Shown here in pieces: positions 23,201 through 36,300 of a stretch of DNA of 64,000 nucleotides (position 1 is its first letter; every line of letters begins with the position of its first letter). This DNA comes from Takakia lepidozioides. Lineage: Eukaryota > Plantae > Bryophyta. A model generated the notes under the pieces. The model ran no database searches. It was given only the letters and a program-made list of their open reading frames with translations, and was not told the DNA's origin. A program made the translations under genes and the position numbers. Location: the NCBI GenBank assembly GCA_030704615.1, contig CM060731.1, positions 95,170,001-95,234,000 of the forward strand, given 5' to 3'.

Positions 23201-26200
23201 TGTGCGTTGGCGCACACTGTTTGAGTTGAACATCTAAGTGTTTTTTCGATTCAAATTCGGCATTTAGGGCACGTTTTTGAGTATGAAATAACCATTCAGT
23301 GGCAGCTCAAACAGTGTGCGTTGGCGCACACTCTTTGAGCTGTACATGTCACTGTTTTTTTGGTGTTAAATTCAGACTTCCAGGGCAGGTTTATGATGAT
23401 GAAATAACTATTCAGTGGCAGCTCAAACAGTGTGCGTTGGCGCACTCTGTTTGAGTTGTACATGTCACTGTTTTTTTGGTGTTAAATTCGGACTTCCAGG
23501 GCAGGTTTATGATGATGAAATAATCATTCAGTGGCAGCTCAAACAGTGTGCGCCAACGCACACTGTTTGAGCTGAACATGTAATTGTTTTTTTGGTGTTT
23601 AAATTCGGCATTTAGGGCACGTTTCTGAGGATGAAATAACCATTCAGTGGCAGCTCAAAAAGTGTGTGTTGGCGTACACTGCTTGAGCTGAACATGTAAG
23701 TATTTTTTTGCTGTTAAAATTCGGCATTTAGGGCACATTTCTGAGGATGAAATAACCATTCAGTGACATCTCAAACAGTGTGCGTTTGCGCACACTGTTT
23801 GAGCTGTACATGTCACTGTTTTTTTGGTGTTAAATTCGGACTTCCAGGACAGGTTTATGATGATGAAATAACCATTCAGTGGCAGCTCAAACAGTGTGCG
23901 TTGGCGCACACTATTTGAGTTGAACATGTAAGTGTTTTTTCCGATTGAAATTTGGCATATAGGGCTCGTTTTTGAGTATGAAATAATCATTCAGTGGCAG
24001 CTCAAACAGTGTGCGTTGGCGCACACTGTTTGAGCTGAACTTGTAAGTCTTTTTTAGAGGTAAAATTCGGCATTTAGGGCACGTTTCTGAGAAAAAATAA
24101 CCATTCAGTGGCAGCTGAAACAGTGTGCGTTGGCGCACACTGTTTGAGCTGTACATGTCACTGTTTCTTTGGTGTTAAATTCGGACTTCCAGGGCAGGTT
24201 TATGATGCTGAAATAACCATTCAGTGGCAGCTCAAACAGTGTGCGTTGGCGCACACTGTTTGCGCTGTACATGTCACTGTTTTTTTGGTGTTAAATTCCG
24301 ACTTCCAGGGCAGGTTTATGATGTGAAATATCCATTCAGTGGCAGCTCAAACAGTGTGCGTCGGCGCACACTGTTTGAGCTGAACATGTAAGTGTTTTTT
24401 TCCGATTTGAAATTTGGCATTTAGGGCACGTTTCTGAGGATGAAATAACCATTCAGTGGCAGCTCAAACAGTGTGCGTTGGCGCACACCGTTTGAGTTGT
24501 ACATGTCACTGTTTTTTTGGTGTTAAATTCGGACTTCCAGGGCAGGTTTATGATGATGAAATAATCATTCAGTGGCAGCTCAAATAGTGTACGCCAACGC
24601 ACACTGTTTGAGCTGAACATGTAATTGTTTTTTTGGTGTTTAAATTCGGCATTTAGGGCACGTTTCTGAGGATGAAAAAAACATTCAGTGGCAGCTCAAA
24701 CAGTGTGCGTTGGCGCACACTGTTTGAGCTCTACATGTCACTGTTCCTTTCGTGTTAAATTCGGACTTCCAGGGCAGGTTTATGATGATGAAATAACCAT
24801 TCAGCGGCAGCTCAAACAGTGTGCGTTGGCGCACACTTTTTGATTTGAACATGTAAGTGTTTTTTCCGATTGAAATTCGGACTTCCAGGGCAGGTTTATG
24901 ATGATGAAATAATCATTCAGTGGCAGCTCAAACAGTGTGCATTGCCGCACACTGTTTGAGCTGAACATGTAAATGTTTTTTTTGGTGTTAAATTTCGGCA
25001 TTTAGGGCACGTTTCTCAGGATGAAATAACCATTTAGTGGCAGCACAAACAGTGTGCGTTGGCGCACACTATTTGAGCTGTACATGTCACTGTTTTTTTG
25101 GTGTTAAATTCGGACTTCCAGGGCTGGTTTATGATGATAAAATAACCATTCAGTGGCAGCTCAAACAGTGTGCGTTGGCGCACACTGTTTCAGCTGAACA
25201 TGTCACTTTTTTTTGGTGTTAAAATTGGGCATTTAGGACACGTTTTTGAGGATGAAATAACCATTCAGTGGCAGCTCAAACAGTGTGCGTTGGCGTACAC
25301 TGTTTGAGCTGTACATGTAAGTGTTCTTTTGGTGTTAAAATTCGGCTTTTAGGGCACGTTTTTGAGGATGAAATAACCATTCAGTGACAGCTCAAACAGT
25401 GTGCGTTGGCGCACACTGTTTGATTGAACATGTACGTGTTTTTTTCCGATTGAAATTTGGCATTTAGGGCACGTTTCTGAGTATGAAATAACCATTCAGT
25501 GGTAGCTCAAACAGTGTGCGTTGGCGCACACTGTTTGAGCTGAACTTGTAAGTGTTTTTTAGAGTTCAAATTCGGCATTTAGGGCACGTTTCTGAAAAAA
25601 AAAATAACCATTCAGTGGCAGCTCAAACAGTGTGCGTTGGCGCACACTGTTTGAGCTGTACATGTCACTGTTTTCTTGGTGTTAAATTCGGACTTCCAGG
25701 GCAGGTTTATGATGATGAAATAACCATTCAGTGGAAGCTCAAACAGTGTGCGTTGGCGCACACTGTTTGAGCTGAACATGTAATTGTTTTTTTGGTGTTT
25801 AAATTCGGCATTTAGGGCACGTTTCTGAGAATAAAATAACCATTGAGTAGCAGCTCAAACAGTGTGCGTTGGCGTACACTGTTTGAGCTGAACATGTAAG
25901 TGTTTTTTTGGTGTTACAATTCGGCATTTAGGGCACGTTTCTGAGGATGAAATAACCATTCAGTGACAGCTCAAACAGTGTGCGTTTGCGCACACTGTTT
26001 GAGCTGTACATGTCACTGTTTTTTTGGTGTTAAATTCAGACTTCCAGGGCAGGTTTATGATGCTGAAATAACCATTCAGTGGCAGCTCCAACAGTGTGCG
26101 TTGGCGCACAAAGTTTGCGCTGTACATGTCACTTTTTTTTGGTGTTAAATTCGGACTTCCAGGGCAGGTTTATGATGATGAAATAACCATTCAGTGGCAG

Positions 26201-29200
26201 CTCAAACAGTGTGCGTCGACGCACACTGTTTGAGTTGAACATGTAAGTGTTTTTTCCGATTGAAATTTGGCATATAGGGCTCGTTTTTTAGTATGAAATA
26301 ATCATTCAGTGGAAGCTCAAACAGTGTGCGTTGGCGCACACTGTTTGAGCTGAACTTGTAAGTGTTTTTTAGAGGTAAAATTCGGCATTTAGGGCACGTT
26401 TCTGAGAAAAAATAACCATTCAGTGGCAGCTCAAACAGTGTGCGTTGGCGCACACTGTTTGAGCTCTACATGTCACTGTTTCTTTGGTGTTAAATTCGGA
26501 CTTCCAGGGCAGGTTTATGATGCTGAAATAACCATTCAGTGGCAGCTCAAACACTGTGCGTTGGCGCACAAAGTTTGCGCTGTACATGTCACTGTTTTTT
26601 TGGTGTTAAATTCGGATTTCCAGGGCAGGTTTATGATGATGAAATAACCATTCAGTGGCAGCTTAAACAGTGTGCGTCGGCGCACACTGTTTGAGTTGAA
26701 CATGTAAGTGTTTTTTCCGATTGAAATTTGGCATTTAGGGCACGTTTTTTAGTATGAAATAATCATTCAGTGGCTACTCAAACAGTGTCCGTTGGCGCAC
26801 ACTGTTTTAGCTGAACTTGTAAGTGTTTTTTAGAGGTAAAATTCGGCATATAGGGCACGTTTCTGAGAAAAAATAACCATTCAGTGGCAGCTCAAACAGT
26901 ATGCGTTGGCGCACACTATTTGAGCTGTACATGTCATTGTTTTTTTGGTGTTAAATTCGGACTTCCAAGTCAAGTTTATGATGCTGAAATAACCATTCAG
27001 TGGTAGCTCAAACAGTGTGCGTTGGCGCACACTGTTTGAGTTGAACATCTAAGTGTTTTTTCGATTCAAATTCGGCATTTAGGGCACGTTTTTGAGTATG
27101 AAATAACCATTCAGTGGCAGCTCAAACAGTGTGCGTTGGCGCACACTCTTTGAGCTGTACATGTCACTGTTTTTTTGGTGTTAAATTCAGACTTCCAGGG
27201 CAGGTTTATGATGATGAAATAACTATTCAGTGGCAGCTCAAACAGTGTGCGTTGGCGCACTCTGTTTGAGTTGTACATGTCACTGTTTTTTTGGTGTTAA
27301 ATTCGGACTTCCAGGGCAGGTTTATGATGATGAAATAATCATTCAGTGGCAGCTCAAACAGTGTGCGCCAACGCACACTGTTTGAGCTGAACATGTAATT
27401 GTTTTTTTGGTGTTTAAATTCGGCATTTAGGGCACGTTTCTGAGGATGAAATAACCATTCAGTGGCAGCTCAAAAAGTGTGTGTTGGCGTACACTGCTTG
27501 AGCTGAACATGTAAGTATTTTTTTGCTGTTAAAATTCGGCATTTAGGGCACATTTCTGAGGATGAAATAACCATTCAGTGACATCTCAAACAGTGTGCGT
27601 TTGCGCACACTGTTTGAGCTGTACATGTCACTGTTTTTTTGGTGTTAAATTCGGACTTCCAGGACAGGTTTATGATCATGAAATAACCATTCAGTGGCAG
27701 CTCAAACAGTGTGCGTCGGCGCACACTATTTGAGTTGAACATGTAAGTGTTTTTTCCGATTGAAATTTGGCATATAGGGCTCGTTTTTGAGTATGAAATA
27801 ATCATTCAGTGGCAGCTCAAACAGTGTGCGTTGGCGCACACTGTTTGAGCTGAACTTGTAAGTCTTTTTTAGAGGTAAAATTCGGCATTTAGGGCACGTT
27901 TCTGAGAAAAAATAACCATTCAGTGGCAGCTGAAACAGTGTGCGTTGGCGCACACTGTTTGAGCTGTACATGTCACTGTTTCTTTGGTGTTAAATTCGGA
28001 CTTCCAGGGCAGGTTTATGATGCTGAAATAACCATTCAGTGGCAGCTCAAACAGTGTGCGTTGGCGCACACTGTTTGCGCTGTACATGTCACTGTTTTTT
28101 TGGTGTTAAATTCCGACTTCCAGGGCAGGTTTATGATGTTGAAATATCCATTCAGTGGCAGCTCAAACAGTGTGCGTCGGCGCACACTGTTTGAGTTGAA
28201 CATGTAAGTGTTTTTTCCGATTGAAATTTGGCATTTAGGGCACGTTTCTGAGGATGAAATAACCATTCAGTGGCAGCTCAAACAGTGTGCGTTGGCGCAC
28301 ACCGTTTGAGTTGTACATGTCACTGTTTTTTTGGTGTTAAATTCGGACTTCCAGGGCAGGTTTATGATGATGAAATAATCATTCAGTGGCAGCTCAAATA
28401 GTGTACGCCAACGCACACTGTTTGAGCTGAACATGTAATTGTTTTTTTGGTGTTTAAATTCGGCATTTAGGGCACGTTTCTGAGGATGAAAAAAACATTC
28501 AGTGGCAGCTCAAACAGTGTGCGTTGGCGCACACTGTTTGAGCTCTACATGTCACTGTTCCTTTCGTGTTAAATTCGGACTTCCAGGGCAGGTTTATGAT
28601 GATGAAATAACCATTCAGTGGCAGCTCAAACAGTGTGCGTTGGCGCACACTTTTTGATTTGAACATGTAAGTGTTTTTTCCGATTGAAATTCGGACTTCC
28701 AGGGCAGGTTTATGATGATGAAATAATCATTCAGTGGCAGCTCAAACAGTGTGCATTGCCGCACACTGTTTGAGCTGAACATGTAAATGTTTTTTTGGTG
28801 TTAAATTTCGGCATTTAGGGCACGTTTCTCAGGATGAAATAACCATTTAGTGGCAGCACAAACAGTGTGCGTTGGCGCACACTATTTGAGCTGTACATGT
28901 CACTGTTTTTTTGGTGTTAAATTCGGACTTCCAGGGCTGGTTTATGATGATAAAATAACCATTCAGTGGCAGCTCAAACAGTGTGCGTTGGCGCACACTG
29001 TTTCAGCTGAACATGTCACTTTTTTTTTGGTGTTAAAATTGGGCATTTAGGACACGTTTTTGAGGATGAAATAACCATTCAGTGGCAGCTCAAACAGTGT
29101 GCGTTGGCGTACACTGTTTGAGCTGTACATGTAAGTGTTCTTTTGGTGTTAAAATTCGGCTTTTAGGGCACGTTTTTGAGGATGAAATAACCATTCAGTG

Positions 29201-30622
29201 ACAGCTCAAACAGTGTGCGTTGGCGCACACTGTTTGATTGAACATGTACGTGTTTTTTCCGATTGAAATTTGGCATTTAGGGCACGTTTCTGAGTATGAA
29301 ATAACCATTCAGTGGTAGCTCAAACAGTGTGCGTTGGCGCACACTGTTTGAGCTGAACTTGTAAGTGTTTTTTAGAGTTCAAATTCGGCATTTAGGGCAC
29401 GTTTCTGAAAAAAAAATAACCATTCAGTGGCAGCTCAAACAGTGTGCGTTGGCGCACACTGTTTGAGCTGTACATGTCACTGTTTTTTGTGTTAAATTCG
29501 GACTTCCAGGGCAGGTTTATGATGATGAAATAACCATTCAGTGGCAAGCTCAAACAGTGTGCGTTGGCGCACACTGTTTGAGCTGAACATGTAATTGTTT
29601 TTTTGGTGTTTAAATTCGGCATTTAGGGCACGTTTCTGAGAATGAAATAACCATTGAGTAGCAGCTCAAACAGTGTGCGTTGGCGTACACTGTTTGAGCT
29701 GAACATGTAAGTGTTTTTTTGGTGTTACAATTCGGCATTTAGGGCACGTTTCTGAGGATGAAATAACCATTCAGTGACAGCTCAAACAGTGTGCGTTGGC
29801 GCACACTGTTTGAGCTGTACATGTCACTGTTTTTTTTGGTGTTAAATTCGGACTTCCAGGGCAGGTTTATGATGATGAAATAACCATTCAGTGGCAGCTC
29901 AAACAGTGTGCGTTGGCGCACACTGTTTGAGCTGTACATGTCACTTTTTTTTTGGTGTTAAATTCGGACTTCCAGGGCAGGTTTATGATGATGAAATAAC
30001 CATTCAGTGGCAGCTCAAACAGTGTGCGTCGGCGCACACTGTTTGAGTTGAACATGTAAGTGTTTTTCCGATTGAAATTTGCATATAGGGCTCGTTTTTT
30101 AGTATGAAATAATCATTCAGTGGAAGCTCAAACAGTGTGCGTTGGCGCACACTGTTGAGCTGAACTTGTAAGTGTTTTTTAGAGGTAAAATTCGGCATTT
30201 AGGGCACGTTTTCTGAGAAAAAATAACCATTCAGTGGCAGCTCAAACAGTGTGCGTTGGCGCACACTGTTTGAGCTCTACATGTCACTGTTTCTTTGGTG
30301 TTAAATTCGGACTTCCAGGGCAGGTTTTATGATGCTGAAATAACCATTCAGTGGCAGCTCAAACAGTGTGCGTTGGCGCACACTGTTTGCGCTGTACATG
30401 TCACTGTTTTTTTGGTGTTAAATTCGGATTTCCAGGGCAGGTTTATGATGATGAAATAACCATTCAGTGGCAGCTTAAACAGTGTGCGTCGGCGCACACT
30501 GTTTGAGTTGAACATGTAAGTGTTTTTTCCGATTGAAATTTGGCATTTAGGGCACGTTTTTTTAGTATGAAATAATCATTCAGTGGCTACTCAAACAGTG
30601 TGCGTTGGCGCACACTGTTTTA
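20210..30622. repeat. Satellite array of ~115-116-bp monomers (about 88 copies), each with a perfect 40-bp hairpin; ~3.8-kb higher-order repeat; continues into the gap
   Basis: cagctcaaacagtgtgcg-ttgg-cgcacactgtttgagctg (18-bp arms) recurs, with monomer anchors at 20421, 20536, 20652, 20768, 20883, 20998 and onward. A degenerate first hairpin lies at ~20213-20248. Confidence 0.97.
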
Positions 30623-31122
30623 NNNNNNNNNNNNNNNNNNNNNNNNNNNNNNNNNNNNNNNNNNNNNNNNNNNNNNNNNNNNNNNNNNNNNNNNNNNNNN
30701 NNNNNNNNNNNNNNNNNNNNNNNNNNNNNNNNNNNNNNNNNNNNNNNNNNNNNNNNNNNNNNNNNNNNNNNNNNNNNNNNNNNNNNNNNNNNNNNNNNNN
30801 NNNNNNNNNNNNNNNNNNNNNNNNNNNNNNNNNNNNNNNNNNNNNNNNNNNNNNNNNNNNNNNNNNNNNNNNNNNNNNNNNNNNNNNNNNNNNNNNNNNN
30901 NNNNNNNNNNNNNNNNNNNNNNNNNNNNNNNNNNNNNNNNNNNNNNNNNNNNNNNNNNNNNNNNNNNNNNNNNNNNNNNNNNNNNNNNNNNNNNNNNNNN
31001 NNNNNNNNNNNNNNNNNNNNNNNNNNNNNNNNNNNNNNNNNNNNNNNNNNNNNNNNNNNNNNNNNNNNNNNNNNNNNNNNNNNNNNNNNNNNNNNNNNNN
31101 NNNNNNNNNNNNNNNNNNNNNN
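30623..31122. other. Assembly gap (500 N)
   Basis: Run of N. Confidence 1.
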
Positions 31123-32824
31123 GAGAGGCGCCACAGGAGTGGACGATCAGTTACCTGATGCGAGTTTTATTTGTTAATGAGGTGCAAGGAAGTGCAGATG
31201 AATGGTTAGATTGGCAGTGGCCAATCAGATACTACCTTGCTCATGGTCAGTGCCCCACCTAGTTATGGTAAGGAGCAGAGGAAGAGAATCGCTATCAAAG
31301 CTTTACCTTATACTATGGTAGGAAGCAGAATGTATAAGTTAGGACCTGATGGAGTACTAAAAACGATGCTTGTACCACCATGAAGTAAATAAAGTTTTGG
31401 CGGAAGTTCATAAAGGAGTGGCTGGAGGTCATTTTGGAGAAGAGACTACCAGTAGAAAGATACTACTCGCAGGATACTGGTGGCCTACTTTGTTCAAAGA
31501 TGTACACGAGTATTGTCAGAAGTGTGATGAATGTCAGAGGCTAGGACCTTTGCAGAGATCTGGAAGGATGGCCTTGCATCCTACAATGCCTACGGAACCA
31601 TTTCAGAAATGGGGACTAGACTTTGTTGGACCAATTAACCCACCATCCAAGAATACACGAAACAGGTACATAATTACAGCCACTGATTATACTACAAAGT
31701 GGGTGGAAGCTAAAGCTTTGAGGGACAACACAGCCAAGTCCACAGCAAGGTTCCTGTACGAGAACATACTTACGAGATTTGGCTGTCCCTTAGAATTTAT
31801 CAGTGATCAAGGAAGTCACTTCATGAATGAGACCATTGAGTTGTTGACTAAAGAGTTTATGATTGTGCATAGAAAGAGTACAACATATTACCCACAGGGT
31901 AATGGGCAGGCAGAGGCTACCAACAAAATACTATGTACTATCTTGGCTAAGATAGTCAATGCAAACAGAACGGATTGGGATACAAAGCTGCTGACAGCTT
32001 TGTGGTCATACAGGACTTCATATAAAGTCACCACTAAGTATACACCATTCCAATTAGTTTATGGTATGGAAGCCTTACTTCCAGTGGAATTCCTGTTACC
32101 TACCATGAGAACGGAGTGGGGAAAAAGAATGGAATTGCAAGACTCCATCAAGGTCAGGAAACATGAATTATACCATGTGGAAGAAGTACGTGCTGATGCA
32201 GCTGATAATATGACCAGAATTCAGATGAAGCGAAAGGAACAGTTTGATGAAGGCAAGTTAAAGACTTTTAAGACGGGGGATTTGGTTCTATGGTTGCAGA
32301 AGAAAGGAAAGATTCAAGCTTCTAAGCTTAAATCACCGTGGAAAGGACCTTATGTCATACAAAAGATGTATGATAACAACACCGCCATGTTACAAACCAT
32401 TAACAAAGAAATGCTGGGAAGAGTCAATGCAAATAAGTTGAAGGGGTACAGTGGTATCCATGACAAACCCCTGCAGCATGATTTGCATGTTGAACCGCAA
32501 GAGCAGTCACGGGCTGCACCAGTGTTACGAACGGAGTATGGAACACTTGTCGCTAGGCCCAGCATATATGACCAGGGTGGGCAAAACAAACGTGACACAT
32601 CCTATCACAGCCCATCACAACGTGACACAGCCTATCACAGCCCAGCACGGCGCAACACAGCCTATCACAGCCCATCACGACGTGACACAGCCTATCACAG
32701 CCCAGCAAGGCGCAACACAGCCTATCACAGCCCAGCAGGCGCAACACAGCCTATCACAACCTACCACAGCGTGTCACAGCCTATCACAGCTTACCACAGT
32801 GCATCACAGCCTATCACAGCGTAA
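31123..32824 (+). CDS. pol: Gypsy integrase (3' end of pol; stop and frameshift before 31370)
   Basis: HHCC zinc motif (H.GVAGGHFG...CQKCDECQ), WGLDFVGP, ISDQGSHF, YYPQGNGQAE, and a GPY/F module (WKGPY). Confidence 0.92.
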
Positions 32825-32850
32825 ACACAGTATGTCACACACAGCCTACT
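32590..32850. repeat. ~30-bp tandem repeat (acacagcctatcacagccc...) at the end of pol
   Basis: Repeated DTAYHSP/NTAYHSP translation. Related cacagcc repeats occur at 37247-37480, 59940-60120 (reverse complement) and 62510-62600. Confidence 0.85.
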
Positions 32851-33321
32851 AAAGTTACACGATCCATAGAATCAGTGACAAGTGGACACATAATAACTTC
32901 AGGAAAATGGCTGACGGAAGAGGAAACGGAAATTACTTTAAAAATGGACACGTGGAGGTCAGGGCGCGACACACAGCCGAGAAGGAAGTGCAAGAACAGG
33001 TGTCAAAAAGAAAGAGGACAAGAACGGCCGTCAAAAGGGATGAAAGGCGGGCCCATTAATGAGTACGGAAAAAGGGAAACGGAACGAACGGCAAGTACAG
33101 AAAAGCGGAATTCTTGTCACATGTGTGATCCTAGTGGACTATCCAACAAGGAAAGTCCACTAAAGAAGATAAAATCTAAAATCCAGTCACAGCGGATACA
33201 GCCAATAGAAAACCAGAGAAAGGATCAAGAAAATGGAGGGAAATTGAGCGCAAGAGGCGGCGTCGTTCTGAGTAACGGGCGTCTCGACAGGACAGACCAT
33301 CAATGCTATACCTTGGAAACT

Positions 33322-36300
33322 ATGGAGGAACTAACAGACTATACGCTCGCAATATTACTTACGCAGTGGCATAGACACGAAAGGACAGAGCGGAGCTTTT
33401 CTCTTGAGCGATGCTTGCAAGCCCCGCAGGCTTACAAGAAATTACCCATAGCTTTCTGCGACAACCATACGTTTATGCTTTGTGCACTACAGGCATTCCT
33501 GCAGTTGTTACAGCCAAAACAGTTCTGTGAGTCTAAAATGAAGAGAGTGAGAGGAATGGAGGAAATCAGGGTGAAGAGCACCACAATTCTGCAGAAACAA
33601 ACGATTGCTACCCCACAGGCGATACAGATACTGGAGGAGCTGAGATTGCAAGGATTGCAAAGCCTAGATTGGACACTACACCATAGACAGTACATGTTAC
33701 AATTTTTGCAGAACTTTGAGCCAAGGACAGGAACAACAACGGTGAAGGGAGTTGAATTAATGATTACTCCCCTATACCTCCAGCAATTGTTTCGATTGCC
33801 AGCAGGTCAGGTGCATGTGGAGCAACACAGGGCAAGACTGCAAATAGAGGACTTATTCCAAGAAGGGAGTTTCTTTAAAACTCAGGGTTATGCTTGTACC
33901 AAGGCTGTGTACCCAGGGTTAAAAGAGGTAGGCCAGGTATTGAACGTTCTGATTGCCATGAAACAGAACCAACAGTATTTGAGCAGATCCTTCACGGAGG
34001 AAATACTCAAAGGCCTGAAGGGACGAGAGGTACAATGGGCGGACATAATGTACAACGCACTGGTAGAGGAGATGAAAAGATTACAAGGTACTACCGCAAA
34101 GTCTCCTATAATAGTGTCTGGCCCAATCATTGCTCAAATAATCCTTGATTCTGGCATACTTAATGCGCAAGAAAGAAAGGAAATGGGAGTGTTTGAGCCA
34201 GCAACAACTGCAATGGAAGAGCAAGGCTCTTCACACAGTGAGGGTGGACTAGCAGGGCAACCTGAGACTAAGAGGCAGAGACGGGGAAAGACTGTGGTGG
34301 CGAATCCACTGGCTTCACGGATTCCGCATGATAATGTTTCCCAAGCTCATGGCCAGGAAGGGGCACAGCAGCACAGAGAAATGCTATTACTGGAAGCAGG
34401 ACCTTCAGAGAGGGAGGAGGAAGTTACTTCTGCATCACAACCATCACAGCCACTTGAACGACTTGTCACAAGGTCACAAGTTATCCATGCAGCTCAACCA
34501 GAAATAATTGATTTGGAAAGTGAAGGGTTAGATATTCCAACTACAGAACAGATAGTGGCAGAAATAGAGAAGGGGGACCTTCTCTATGAATATTCTGGTC
34601 TGGTCAAGGAGACAGAAATCCCAGAGGTGCAACAGTTGCCCAAGGGAAATCCTGAGGTGCATATAATACACACACCTGTGTCGGAGGTACCACAGGCGGA
34701 AGGTCATGACACTGTAGCACCGGTGATAGATGAAGTAGTTCAGGAAGAAAATCCGGTGGGACAATGGCCTGAATGGTTAGTGAGACATCACACTGTTGAA
34801 GATCAGGAGGAACAGCAGCAACCTCACCATGATGACCCTCAACAGGCAATGCTGATGAGTTCCATAGGCAGGACACTTAATTTGTTGGGGACTTATGTCA
34901 AATCCCATGTTCCAATTACCCAATTGACAGCCTTGAAAGAGGAACTCAGGAAGGAGTTTGAGGCTCGACTTGCCACTGAGTGTGCAAACAAGGTCGATGA
35001 AGAGGTCACTCTCAAGATGAAGCAGGACTTGGGAAATACAGAAATGGCTTTGCAATTGGCCAAGGAACAATTGATTGAGGCAGGCCTCGCGCAAGACCAG
35101 TTGCACGAAGCACATAAGCAACAGCTATACCAAATGCAGGTGCAGCATGAAAGCAAGTTGCAAGAACTGAATGCACTACATACGGAGTTGCAGACAGTGC
35201 ATAACAGGATGGCGATACAATGTGCTACATTTACAACTATGCTTGACCAATCTACAAAAGAAATAAACAGTCAAGCGGAAAAATGTACGAAGGCAGAAGA
35301 AGAGAATGTTGAGCAAATGAAGCTCATTGTCGATATGAAGAATACAATCTGTCGCAATGAAGATACTTTCAAGCAATACAGGCAGATTGAAGCTGATCAA
35401 GAGAAGCACATCGTGGAGTTGCAACAAACCATCATGGCCAATAGAAATGAAATCGCGGTCAATAACAAGGCTTGGAAGGAAGCCAATAATCTACTTGCTG
35501 CTTATGCGCAATTGGTTGAACCTCAGGCGAAGCGCATGGAGGCTTTACAACAGCAGTTGGAATTGTACAAGCTAAGAGAGGAGCAAACTCTCAGGGGAAC
35601 CACAAGCAACTTGGTGGATAACAGCCTTATGCAGGTCTGGTTAGCACAAGGGCCAGTAGAGGGCAAAGCACCACGGAAGCTCACCCAAAGCGAGATGAAT
35701 GAGCTCAGGCTGCAGGTGCAGAACATTGCCACAACTACTATAGACAATGTCTATAGTAGGATAGCAGAGTTACAAGAGGATGTAGACGGACTCCAGACTC
35801 AAGTGGAAGACCTCACTTCAAACATCGACCAAAGAGTCTATATCCCTCAGGAACAGCTAATGGCTTCTTATTTACAAGCCAGAACTTTGGCTTTTCAGTC
35901 TTCACAGGAGGTGCAGGAGATGCCAATGATACAAGAGCCAGTACCACCACCACCACAACAAGTCACTGTACCAGTAGCTGAACCTGTGGTTACTACAACC
36001 ACACCACAGCCACCACAGCAGGAGGTATGGGGCAATGCCGCTTTTAACCCACCTAAAACTCCAGCTGCAAGGGAGTACAGTAGGGCTATGATTATGCCCT
36101 TCAACCAAATTCCCATCATGTTGGATTTGGCTTGGAAAGAATTTAGTCCTCCGCAGTCATTCGCACATTACTACCAAATCATGCGTATTTGGCTGCCAGT
36201 GGCAACTAGGACTAAAGTTCTTCCGAACAATCGACATATTGAAGATCATCACTTTGCACAATACTGGCACGAGGCAGGTACCATGTTGAGGGAATTGATT

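Noticed and set aside
20397-30198. Many 60-95 aa ORFs (MAAQTVCVGAHCLS..., MRQRTLFELPLN...)
   Set aside because: They are translations of satellite monomers, broken at random by homopolymer indels.
20210-30622. CRISPR array (palindromic repeats with spacers)
   Set aside because: The ~75-bp intervening sequences are homologous to each other (a few recurring variants) rather than unique spacers. There are no cas genes and the context is eukaryotic.
30580-31262. ORFs containing long X runs
   Set aside because: Artefacts of reading through the 500-N gap.
32875-33321. N-terminal 149 codons of the 1284-aa ORF as real coding sequence
   Set aside because: The equivalent region of the second copy (62600-63170) is poorly conserved. 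Protein conservation starts at Met 33322.
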